A stretch of DNA of 64,000 nucleotides from assembly GCA_964648485.1 (NCBI GenBank), contig CAZYOF010000017.1, positions 3,744-67,743 of the forward strand, in the 5' to 3' direction. The DNA comes from an uncultured Leptolinea sp. GTDB taxonomy: Bacteria; Chloroflexota; Anaerolineae; Anaerolineales; Anaerolineaceae. This document shows positions 1-8,033 of this stretch, piece by piece (position 1 is the stretch's first letter; the number at the start of each line of letters is the position of its first letter). A program made the position numbers and the translations under genes. Below the pieces are notes generated by a model that ran no database searches, had not been told where the DNA came from, and saw only the letters and a program-made list of their open reading frames with translations.

Positions 1-1
1 T

Positions 2-422
2 ATGGGGTTGCCCAATTCGGATGTATTTTTCAATGTAGTTTTTTTTTGTAGTCATGACATCCGTATTAATTCAAGGAACTTCCATTCCTAAGGTGGCAAA
101 ATTACTCAAAGTAGCATCAGAACCAGATGATGTCACAAATTATCCGATTGAACCAGTTTCAGGGCAAGAGTGGCAAGGTCAACTGCAAGAAATAGTCATT
201 AAGCCAGATTCGTGGGTTATCGGTAAAGCAATTTATGAATTAAAACTCCCCCAAGAATACCTGGTGGTACTCATCTCTCGTGGAGGAGATTTTGTAATTC
301 CCAATGGAAGTGTAACAATTGAAGCAGGTGATAAAATACTTGGACTTTCCGTAGGAGTGGTTTACGAAAAAGTAAGAGCTTGTTTTGATAGTGTTTCACC
401 AAAGTATCCAGTCAGAGAATAA
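2..422 (+). CDS. 3' end of a CPA1/NhaP-type cation:proton antiporter gene with a C-terminal TrkA-C (RCK_C) domain. The reading frame is interrupted in a T9 tract (39-47), so it may be a pseudogene or a homopolymer sequencing error.
   Basis: Frame 2 (2-46) reads MGLPNSDVFFNVVFF, which looks like a last TM helix. Frame 3 (48-422) reads VVMTSVLIQGTSIPKVAKLL, then a TrkA-C-like segment (VIGKAIYELKLP...VLISRGGDFVIPNGSVTIEAGDKIL). These two parts are contiguous in this protein family. Confidence 0.5.
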
Positions 423-426
423 AAAG

Positions 427-454
427 AAACAGGCTACCATTTGGTAGCCTGTTT
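427..454. terminator. Bidirectional intrinsic terminator hairpin between convergent genes
   Basis: Perfect 12-bp stem aaacaggctacc / ggtagcctgttt with loop attt, flanked by A-run and T-run sequence. It lies between the antiporter stop (422) and the peroxiredoxin stop (487). Confidence 0.7.
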
Positions 455-486
455 ACAAAAAGCACCCGATTATTTAGATTGGATTA

Positions 487-1089
487 TTAAAATGCATCAT
501 CTGGTTTCCAGATTTTCCATACCTTACCAGCGAGGTCTGGACCAGGTGTGAGGGTTGGTTTGCCAGGCTGCCATCCAGAAGGAGTCACTTCTCCAGTCTT
601 TACTACATGCTGGAAAGCTTTTACCTGCCGGATTAGTTCTGATACATTACGACCTACTTCGGGGGTTATTACTTCCATTGCTCGTATTACAAAGTCAGGG
701 TCAATAATGAATCTACCGCGGATATCAACCCCTGCTTCTTCATCATAAACACCATAAACGGTTCCAACTCGCCCGCCAGCATCAGATAGAAGTGGGAACG
801 GGACACCACCCGGGACCATTTTGGATAATTCTTCTTCTTGCCATATCTTGTGTGAGAATCTGCTGTCTGTGCTCATCGCAAAGACTTCAACCCCCATATC
901 TTGTAATTCTTTATATTTGACGGCAACTGCCGACAATTCGGTAGGTCAGACAAAGGTGAAATCGCCTGGATAGAAGCAAATGACAATCCATTTTCCTTTA
1001 TAATCTGACAACTTAATATTCTTGAAGCCATTTCCTACCAGAGCAGATAGTTCAAAATCTGGCGCTGGTTTACCTACTTTAGCAAGCAT
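487..1089 (-). CDS. Peroxiredoxin (AhpC/Prx1 family) with an in-frame TGA (946-948) at the peroxidatic cysteine position; candidate selenocysteine-containing Prx
   Basis: Track ORFs 946..1230 and 487..936 are in the same frame. Joined, they read ...FYPGDFTFV-[TGA][14 protein letters not shown]..., the canonical Prx active-site motif DFTFVCPTE. A strong SD (AAAGGAGG, 7-nt spacer) precedes the ATG at 1089. The length from that start, about 200 aa, is typical of Prx. Confidence 0.8.
915..938 (-). promoter_or_regulatory. SECIS-like recoding hairpin just 3' of the in-frame UGA
   Basis: On the mRNA strand: UGA CCUACCGAA UUG-U-CGGC AGUU GCCG-U-CAA. This gives 7 bp with one U/U mismatch and an AGUU loop containing GU. 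The loop starts 18 nt after the UGA. Confidence 0.45.
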
Positions 1090-1257
1090 CTTGGGGGCCT
1101 CCTTTAACGGTAAATTAGTTTGTTCTGCGGCGACCGTTTCAATGGCAATCGGTCCTTTGGATGGTTTTACGCAACCTTCACCTTTTTCCACCATAAGTTC
1201 TCCTTTCTTAACGGGTGCTTGTATTGCCATTATTATGTATATATTAGTATAGCAATT

Positions 1258-1716
1258 TTATTTATATTTTCTATCTGTATACCATCCGGTATTTTTCGGA
1301 GCAAAACTATCAAATTCAGGAATATAAGGTTTGATGTCAACTAAGGGGGTGCCATCAAGCATATCAGCCCCAATAAAATCCAGTTGACCACTTTGAACCG
1401 ATACTAATTCGACAATAGATATTCCCAAATGGTTAGGGCGGTTTGGATATCTGGTTGAAAAAATGCCATGATAGTTGTCATCCAGAAAAGGCTTAACTTT
1501 CAGTTGAAAACCTTCTCCATAATTATGGAATGTATATAACAAGATAATGTAGGAAAAACCATCTAAGTCAAGAAGCCCTTCTTGGTATTCTTCCTTAATA
1601 ATTACTGAACCGGGTATCTTAGACCTGGCCGATTGTATAGGCATAATATCAATATCAGTATTGGAAAAGGGAGTATGGATGGTTCCAATAGGTTCTAACT
1701 CATATCGTTGAAACAT
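1258..1716 (-). CDS. TsaA/TrmO-like tRNA methyltransferase (YaeB/UPF0066 family), short form
   Basis: Family-typical segments LEPIGTIHTPF, RPNHLGISIVELV, DMLDGTPLVDIKPY. Confidence 0.75.
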   Translation of the reverse strand: MFQRYELEPIGTIHTPFSNTDIDIMPIQSARSKIPGSVIIKEEYQEGLLDLDGFSYIILLYTFHNYGEGFQLKVKPFLDDNYHGIFSTRYPNRPNHLGISIVELVSVQSGQLDFIGADMLDGTPLVDIKPYIPEFDSFAPKNTGWYTDRKYK

Positions 1717-1738
1717 ATTTGACTATTACTTTTGAAAT

Positions 1739-2383
1739 TCAAATTACTGAAACCGACATTGGCATGATATGTTTTGATATCACGCTTTGATCGAACTCAT
1801 CCTGATGCACAATCAACAAGAATTGAGACTCATCACTAGAACCGTTTTCCCAGCAATGCGGACGTGTGGATTCAAATATCAGGCTATCGCCTTGTTCTAA
1901 AATAAATACTTGATTTTCAATGGTGTATTTGATTTTACCCCGAAGGCAGTAGATATATTCATGACCAGGGTGTTCAGCCGGAGAGTTACAAACAGATTCA
2001 CCCGGTTTTAGAGTAATACGAAAAGATTGAATAGAGAGATTGAAGTATTTCTGACTTAAGTTTTCGAGCAAGCTCTCACTGAATTCTTCTTTCGTTGTCG
2101 AAGATGATTTAGTAAAAACAATTCTGCTCAAATTTTCTTCCGATTGAAAGAGAGCAACAATGGGTACCCCAAGTGAATTGGCAATCTGATAGAGTGTATT
2201 TACAGAAGGAGATATCTTCCCATTTTCAACCAGGCTAAGAGTATTAATATTCAAACCACTCATTTGAGATAGCTTTTTTAGGGATATTGATCTTGCTTTT
2301 CTGATTGATTTGATTTGTTGACCAACATTGACTTTTTGTGCTTCATCCTGATGGTTGTTATTTAAGATCGCGGGTTTCTCCAT
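1739..2383 (-). CDS. XRE-family HTH transcriptional regulator with a C-terminal cupin domain
   Basis: HTH_3-like segment IKSIRKARSISLKKLSQMSGLNINTLSLVENGK.SPSVNTLYQIANSLGV. Cupin-like C-terminus (HPGHEYIYCLRGKIKYTI...GDSLIFES.RPH). The ATG at 2383 (MEKPAIL) is the likely start; the longer track ORF is an upstream extension. Confidence 0.75.
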   Translation of the reverse strand: MEKPAILNNNHQDEAQKVNVGQQIKSIRKARSISLKKLSQMSGLNINTLSLVENGKISPSVNTLYQIANSLGVPIVALFQSEENLSRIVFTKSSSTTKEEFSESLLENLSQKYFNLSIQSFRITLKPGESVCNSPAEHPGHEYIYCLRGKIKYTIENQVFILEQGDSLIFESTRPHCWENGSSDESQFLLIVHQDEFDQSVISKHIMPMSVSVI

Positions 2384-2464
2384 GGATCTACACTCCCACT
2401 TAAGTCGAATAGGTTGATGAGAATTATACCAATATAATGATAACAATGATGCCGGAAGAATAAA

Positions 2465-2489
2465 CCTACCCCTATATATCAGGGGTAGG
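2465..2489 (-). terminator. Intrinsic terminator after the small membrane-protein gene
   Basis: 9-bp stem cctacccct / aggggtagg with a 7-nt loop. On the minus strand it is followed by TTTATTCTT. Confidence 0.5.
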
Positions 2490-2517
2490 CTGGAAAGGGA
2501 TAATCTGAAAAATGTTT

Positions 2518-2688
2518 TTAAAGACCTTTAAGTAAATTACCTAATACTAATAAGACCAGCCCAACAAGAACAAACCAGAATGCAAATGGTGCCAGAGCGC
2601 CTATTACGCCAAATTGACCTAATACACCGAGTACACCCAGAACAACTGAAATCCAGAAAACTAATTTGGTAGGTGGTGATAATTTCAT
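2518..2688 (-). CDS. Small hydrophobic membrane protein (56 aa), not in the supplied ORF track
   Basis: Hand translation gives MKLSPPTKLVFWISVVLGVLGVLGQFGVIGALAPFAFWFVLVGLVLLVLGNLLKGL*. A consensus SD (AGGAGGG, 5-nt spacer) precedes the ATG at 2688, and two predicted TM helices are present. Confidence 0.6.
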   Translation of the reverse strand: MKLSPPTKLVFWISVVLGVLGVLGQFGVIGALAPFAFWFVLVGLVLLVLGNLLKGL

Positions 2689-2796
2689 CTTTACCCTCCT
2701 CTTGATATTTTTATCAGATTACCCCATCACACCTGAAATTCCACACAAATTTAGTATATCATGGAATATTTTTGAAACAATAATGCAGGGATTTTT

Positions 2797-4050
2797 TTAT
2801 TGTTCAGTCTTAATTGATTTCTGTGTGAAAAATAACAGGAAGGCAAGCATTCTGATAGAAGCAGCTACCAACAAACCACCGGGTAAACCAATTGTGTCTG
2901 CCAGGTAGGTACCGATTATTGGAGATAATACAGCTGAGAGATACTGCAGGCTTTGGGCAAAAGAGACAAAAGTAGCACTGTAACTGGGTGGAATGGTTCG
3001 CATCAACTCATCAAAAAATACTAGATCCAATCCTGCCTGGAAAATACCTGCCAGTCCTGCAAGAACTGCAACAATTTCTACCCTGCCAGAAAAAGCTACC
3101 AGAGCAGGATATACCGCTAAACCAAAAGTTGTCCACAGGAGCACAGTTCGGGTACCTCTGCTTCGGGACCTATTCACCCAGAAAAAATATCCAATGATCA
3201 TTACTGCTGTGGATGAAGTACTGATTATTCCTATCCAGGTATCTGAAGCCTGAAGGGTTCGGACATAAAACAAAGGTAATAATGGAGTTGCCAGAGATAT
3301 TCCAGAAAGAAATATGAACCTTCGCAGCGCAAATTGTATGAATGGCTTCTCAGAGTTGATTAACAGGAAATATTCCTTAATCGATTCTCCCACCTTCTTG
3401 CTTTTATCAATGAAAATTGGTTGGTTGGGTGGCAGTTCCAATTTGCTGGAAAAGTAAAAACTAATAAGCCCTCCAATGGAGAGCGCTAAAAATACCAACT
3501 GATAATTAATGGGAAAGCCAATTTGATCCAGAACCCGACCAACAATTACCACGGCGATTGCCGTAGTAAAGCCCATGATCGACCATCGGCGGCTCATTAG
3601 TTCGAACCGTCCTTTTGGACCAGCCACCTGACTCATAACCACACTGAATAATATGCTGACAATAGTCTGTGGCAAGGTGGCAGCAGCCCAAATCGATAAA
3701 ATCCCGAATATTAGATATTCCCGGGGAATCACAAAAGGGGCAATTCCGGTTAAAGCATATGAAAGGACTACTAAAAGTCTTGCTGCACTAAAGTATGGAA
3801 CAATGTTATTCCTGGTTTGAAGGAATCGACCAACAAAAATTGCCAGTATTAATCCGGTGAGCGCCGGCATGGAAGTCAGCAAACCAATCTGAAAATTGGA
3901 TGCCCCCAATCGCGTTAAAAATACAGGAAGAAACGGCGCAGCTGCATTTGCCAGACCGATTCCAATAGCATCTATTTGGACAAAGAGGAAATTTTTCTTC
4001 TTGACCTCAGGTCCAATGTTGGGGTGTGTAAACCAATGATAAAGAAACAC
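2797..4050 (-). CDS. MFS transporter
   Basis: 417 aa, about 12 hydrophobic helices, MFS-like loop motifs (FVGRFLQTR). GTG start as given in the track. Confidence 0.7.
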   Translation of the reverse strand: MFLYHWFTHPNIGPEVKKKNFLFVQIDAIGIGLANAAAPFLPVFLTRLGASNFQIGLLTSMPALTGLILAIFVGRFLQTRNNIVPYFSAARLLVVLSYALTGIAPFVIPREYLIFGILSIWAAATLPQTIVSILFSVVMSQVAGPKGRFELMSRRWSIMGFTTAIAVVIVGRVLDQIGFPINYQLVFLALSIGGLISFYFSSKLELPPNQPIFIDKSKKVGESIKEYFLLINSEKPFIQFALRRFIFLSGISLATPLLPLFYVRTLQASDTWIGIISTSSTAVMIIGYFFWVNRSRSRGTRTVLLWTTFGLAVYPALVAFSGRVEIVAVLAGLAGIFQAGLDLVFFDELMRTIPPSYSATFVSFAQSLQYLSAVLSPIIGTYLADTIGLPGGLLVAASIRMLAFLLFFTQKSIKTEQ

Positions 4051-4111
4051 AATACTCTCTTACTGGTTAATACATTAAGCTTGATAGATTGATTCTATCC
4101 TGAATATTAGA

Positions 4112-5920
4112 TTACTTGCTGATTTCTAGATCTAACTTTTCCTCAGATTCTCTGATAAATTGCTGCGTATATAACTGATAATAATGACCGCGTTTACTCA
4201 ACAATTCGTGATGTGTACCGGATTCCTGAATTTTACCCTGATCAATATATAAGATCCTATCGGCTCTTTTAATCGTGGACAATCGGTGAGCGATGATAAA
4301 GCTTGTCCTTCCTTCCGTTAAGGTTTCCATACCTTTCTGAATCATCGCTTCAGTTAATGTATCGACAGAACTGGTGGCTTCATCCATAATGAATATCTCT
4401 GGATTTGCTAAAATAGCGCGTGCTAGACTGATGAGCTGTTTTTGACCAACAGAAAGCTGGTTGCCACCCTCACCGACCTCCTGATCATACTGCTTTTCGA
4501 GTGTCATGATGAATTCATGTGCGCCAGCAGCTTTTGCAGCATTTTCAACCTCGGTATCACTGGCTTTGAGCCTTCCATACCTGATATTTTCACGAATAGT
4601 GCCAGAGAATAGATGTGGAGTTTGCAGCACAACGCCAATCCTCGATTGGATAGAATTTAATGAGATATCTCGATAATCTATACCACCAATCCGGATCGTG
4701 CCATTTCTTGGTTCATAAAACCGGCAGAGCAGGTTGACAATCGTTGTTTTTCCACCCCCGGTGGGTCCCACCAGGGCTATTTTTTCTCCGGGTTTGACTA
4801 GCAGCGAAAAATCGTGTAACACGGGTTTCTCAGATTCATAAAAGAAATCAACATGATCGAACTCAATTTCACTGATAATAGAACCTGGATTCAAGCTATC
4901 TGGTTTTTCCTGAATATCTGGTATGGCGTCTATCAAGGAGAAAATCCGTTCTGCCGATGCAATAGCATGCTGTAATTCTGCATATACTCTTGCCAGGTCT
5001 TGAATAGGCCACATCATGAAGACAATATATGAAACAAATGCCTGGATACCTCCGATGGTGATGAAACCCGGAGCTACCTGGTAACCTCCATACCACAATA
5101 CAGCAGCAAGTGCGAGTGAGCTGATGATTTGCACTACTGGCAAAAATAATGCAGAAAGCCATGCAGCGCGGAAGCCTGAGCGGTACATATCTCCAGTAAG
5201 GATTTTAAATTCATTCAGGTTTTCTTCTTCCCGGACCAGAGCTTTTACAATTCTCACTCCGGTAATATTTTCATTGAATGATGCAGTAATTTTTGAATTT
5301 ATCTTCCGAACCCTTCTAAATTGGACAAGTATTCTTTTTCTGATTTCAATACCAGCATAAACAAGAATAGGGATGATGATAATTACAATTAATGCCAGCC
5401 TCCAGTTGATGCGAAGCATAAAGTAAGCGGATGTTGCCACATTAATTACTGCCCAGGTGGAATCAAGCAAACCCCAGGTGATCATATCTGACACTCTTTC
5501 AGAATCCGAGGTAACCCGAGACATCATCCAGCCAACTGGTGTTTTGCTGTAATAACTTAATGAAAGTTCCTGCAGGTGAGTAAACATCCTGTTACGTAAG
5601 TCGTAACGAATTTTTTCACCTAGCATGGATACAACAAAAATAAATACAAATACTAACAGAGCCTGAACAAGAAGTAGTCCACCATATTGCAATAATAGTT
5701 GTTGAAGCACAGGAACATTTTTAAGAACAATTCCTTCATCAATGATCCTTTTGCTTAAGAATGTAAAGTACCCATCCAAAATGGATACAAATGCGATGGC
5801 TAATAGAAATGTGATGAAAGACCGGTAATGTGGTTTTATCAGCTCAACAATTCGGCGAAAAGTCTGTTGTGTAAAGGATGAAGAAAAATCTTCTTCATCA
5901 AATTCTTCATAATCCGACAT
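4112..5920 (-). CDS. ABC exporter, fused permease/ATPase half-transporter (heterodimer partner B)
   Basis: Six N-terminal TM helices. Walker A GPTGGGKTT, signature LSVGQKQ, Walker B IFIMDEATS. Confidence 0.9.
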   Translation of the reverse strand: MSDYEEFDEEDFSSSFTQQTFRRIVELIKPHYRSFITFLLAIAFVSILDGYFTFLSKRIIDEGIVLKNVPVLQQLLLQYGGLLLVQALLVFVFIFVVSMLGEKIRYDLRNRMFTHLQELSLSYYSKTPVGWMMSRVTSDSERVSDMITWGLLDSTWAVINVATSAYFMLRINWRLALIVIIIIPILVYAGIEIRKRILVQFRRVRKINSKITASFNENITGVRIVKALVREEENLNEFKILTGDMYRSGFRAAWLSALFLPVVQIISSLALAAVLWYGGYQVAPGFITIGGIQAFVSYIVFMMWPIQDLARVYAELQHAIASAERIFSLIDAIPDIQEKPDSLNPGSIISEIEFDHVDFFYESEKPVLHDFSLLVKPGEKIALVGPTGGGKTTIVNLLCRFYEPRNGTIRIGGIDYRDISLNSIQSRIGVVLQTPHLFSGTIRENIRYGRLKASDTEVENAAKAAGAHEFIMTLEKQYDQEVGEGGNQLSVGQKQLISLARAILANPEIFIMDEATSSVDTLTEAMIQKGMETLTEGRTSFIIAHRLSTIKRADRILYIDQGKIQESGTHHELLSKRGHYYQLYTQQFIRESEEKLDLEISK

Positions 5921-7715
5921 GTTTTATTTCCTTCTCAAGTGCAGCGTCGATGCGTGTTTGTAAATCAAATATCTTTTTATACATGCCATCTGTTTTTATG
6001 AGGTCCTTGTGCGTTCCTCGCTGGATAACCTTCCCTTTATCAAATACCAGAATCAAATTTGCTCCCATAATACTCTGGATGCGGTGAGCGATGATAAAGG
6101 TAGTGCGGTTCTTCATTAAGTTATCAAGAGCTGCTCGAATTACAGATTCGGTTTCGAGGTCTATTGCTGAAGTAGAATCATCGAGTATCAGAATTCGGGG
6201 ATTTTTCAGTAATGTTCTGGCAATAGCAACCCTCTGTTTCTGTCCGCCAGAGAGGGTAACCCCTTTTTCCCCAACAAGGGTTTTATACCCGCTGGGGAAA
6301 GTCTCAATCACATCATGAATGGCAGAAGAACGGGCAGCTTCATATACCTCTTCAGGAGATACTTCCCTCCCTACGCCATAGGTGATGTTTTCAAATATTG
6401 TTCTCGAGAATAAGAATGGTTCCTGTTCTACGATACCAATTTGCTCTCGTAATAATCTACGGGAGTATTTGCGAATATCTACACCATCTAGCTTGATGGT
6501 ACCTTCAGCAGCATCATAGAAGCGGGGTAATAAATTTACAAGGGATGTTTTTCCTGATCCTGTGGAGCCTAAGAGAGCTACAATTTCCCCGGGTTTTATG
6601 TGGAAAGAAATGCCTTTTAATATATCGTGGTCTTTCTCATAGGCAAATCCCACATTCTCAAAAGTAATTTCACCTTTGATATTACCGTCTGGAATATATT
6701 CCGCATAATCAAGGTCTTCCCGTTCCTGAGAGATGATCTGGGTTACGCGCTGGTAAGAAACCATACCGGTGGAGGCTTGAACAATGAGCCTACCCAGGTT
6801 GCGCATCGGGAATATCAGATAAACCACCAGTCCTGCATATGCCAGGTAAGTGCCAACAGTAATCTCTCCATTGATTGCCATCATCGCACCAATATAGTAT
6901 CCAGCCAATAGCTGCATACCACACAAAGTGTCAGAGATTGGCCAAAAAAGGGAATGCATTTTGTTAAGCCTTTTACCCCGTTTATATTTTTCGGCGTTAT
7001 CCGCTTCAAACTTGGCAATTTCATAGTCTTGCCTGGCATAAGCCTTAACTACCCGAACACCTGTAAGCTTCTCTTGCAGCGTTGTGGAAAGCGTAGCTTC
7101 CTGTTCCTGATACGCCTCATAAGCAGCAGTAACTTTTTTAAAAAAGTACATTGAAACAATCAGAATAATTGGAATCACTATGATGGATATCCAGGCCAGC
7201 TTCTGATTTAGATTTAACATAGCGATAAAGTTGATGGTAAATAGTAGAATGATGCGTCCAACCGCTATTGCCTGATCTGCAAAGAAGCGGCGCATTGCAT
7301 CCACATCAGACGTACACCTTTGAATAAGCTCACCAGTGGCGGTTTCTGCATGGTAGCTAAAGCTTAATCGTTGAATGTGGTCAAAAAGGTAATTGCGTAA
7401 ACGCCGTACCACACCTTCCGCTGTTTTTGCTGCCAATGATCCGCTGATGAAGGAGCATCCGCCTTCTACAACAGCAAGACCGATAAAGCCCGCAGCAACC
7501 CATGGGATAAGATTGTAATGACCTGGTGATAAAACGTTATCAATGAAATATCGTAAAAGCAGGTAAGTGCCTGTTTTGGATAATGCTGAGATCCCAACCG
7601 CGACCGTAGCTGCCAGGTAGAGCCAGCGAAAACCAGAAAGCATTCGCCATAACCCAAGTAATCGGTTTTTAGATATGGAATTTTTTAAATCATATACAGT
7701 TGATGATGCTGCCAC
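5907..7715 (-). CDS. ABC exporter, fused permease/ATPase half-transporter (heterodimer partner A)
   Basis: Walker A GSTGSGKTS, signature LSGGQKQR, Walker B ILILDDSTS. It overlaps the downstream partner by 14 nt. GTG start preceded by AGGAG. Confidence 0.9.
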   Translation of the reverse strand: MAASSTVYDLKNSISKNRLLGLWRMLSGFRWLYLAATVAVGISALSKTGTYLLLRYFIDNVLSPGHYNLIPWVAAGFIGLAVVEGGCSFISGSLAAKTAEGVVRRLRNYLFDHIQRLSFSYHAETATGELIQRCTSDVDAMRRFFADQAIAVGRIILLFTINFIAMLNLNQKLAWISIIVIPIILIVSMYFFKKVTAAYEAYQEQEATLSTTLQEKLTGVRVVKAYARQDYEIAKFEADNAEKYKRGKRLNKMHSLFWPISDTLCGMQLLAGYYIGAMMAINGEITVGTYLAYAGLVVYLIFPMRNLGRLIVQASTGMVSYQRVTQIISQEREDLDYAEYIPDGNIKGEITFENVGFAYEKDHDILKGISFHIKPGEIVALLGSTGSGKTSLVNLLPRFYDAAEGTIKLDGVDIRKYSRRLLREQIGIVEQEPFLFSRTIFENITYGVGREVSPEEVYEAARSSAIHDVIETFPSGYKTLVGEKGVTLSGGQKQRVAIARTLLKNPRILILDDSTSAIDLETESVIRAALDNLMKNRTTFIIAHRIQSIMGANLILVFDKGKVIQRGTHKDLIKTDGMYKKIFDLQTRIDAALEKEIKHVGL

Positions 7716-8033
7716 GATAATCTCCTGCGCTTGTATAATGCGCGGATGTCATTCTAAACTAATGAGAGCGTTACGTCAAACTACCTTCACTTATTCGAGT
7801 GGAAAGAGTACCCGATTTTCGTGTATAATATTTTTACTCATTTGTTAGTAAGGTTCTATACAAAATTCGAGTAGATGATTGATCAAACGTCTGCATATCA
7901 GGCGTTTAGATCTTATAGCAAGCAATTTTTAGCAGCACAAAATATAAATAAATATACATGGTCTAACTACTCATAAACTAGAGATTATTTGGGTCTTATA
8001 AGTGAGTAAACGGCTCCCTTGAAAGGAGGAATT

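Noticed and set aside
1022-1344. Plus-strand ORFs (76 and 74 aa) opposite the peroxiredoxin 5' region and the TrmO 3' end.
   Set aside because: They are antisense to genes with clear homology, and they have no ribosome-binding sites or motifs.
7716-8033. Long (318 nt) leader upstream of the B12-domain mutase-like gene, inspected for a cobalamin riboswitch.
   Set aside because: I could not find a B12-box-like element or the conserved GC-rich paired regions. The region is AT-rich and looks like ordinary divergent-promoter DNA. A covariance-model scan would be needed to be certain.
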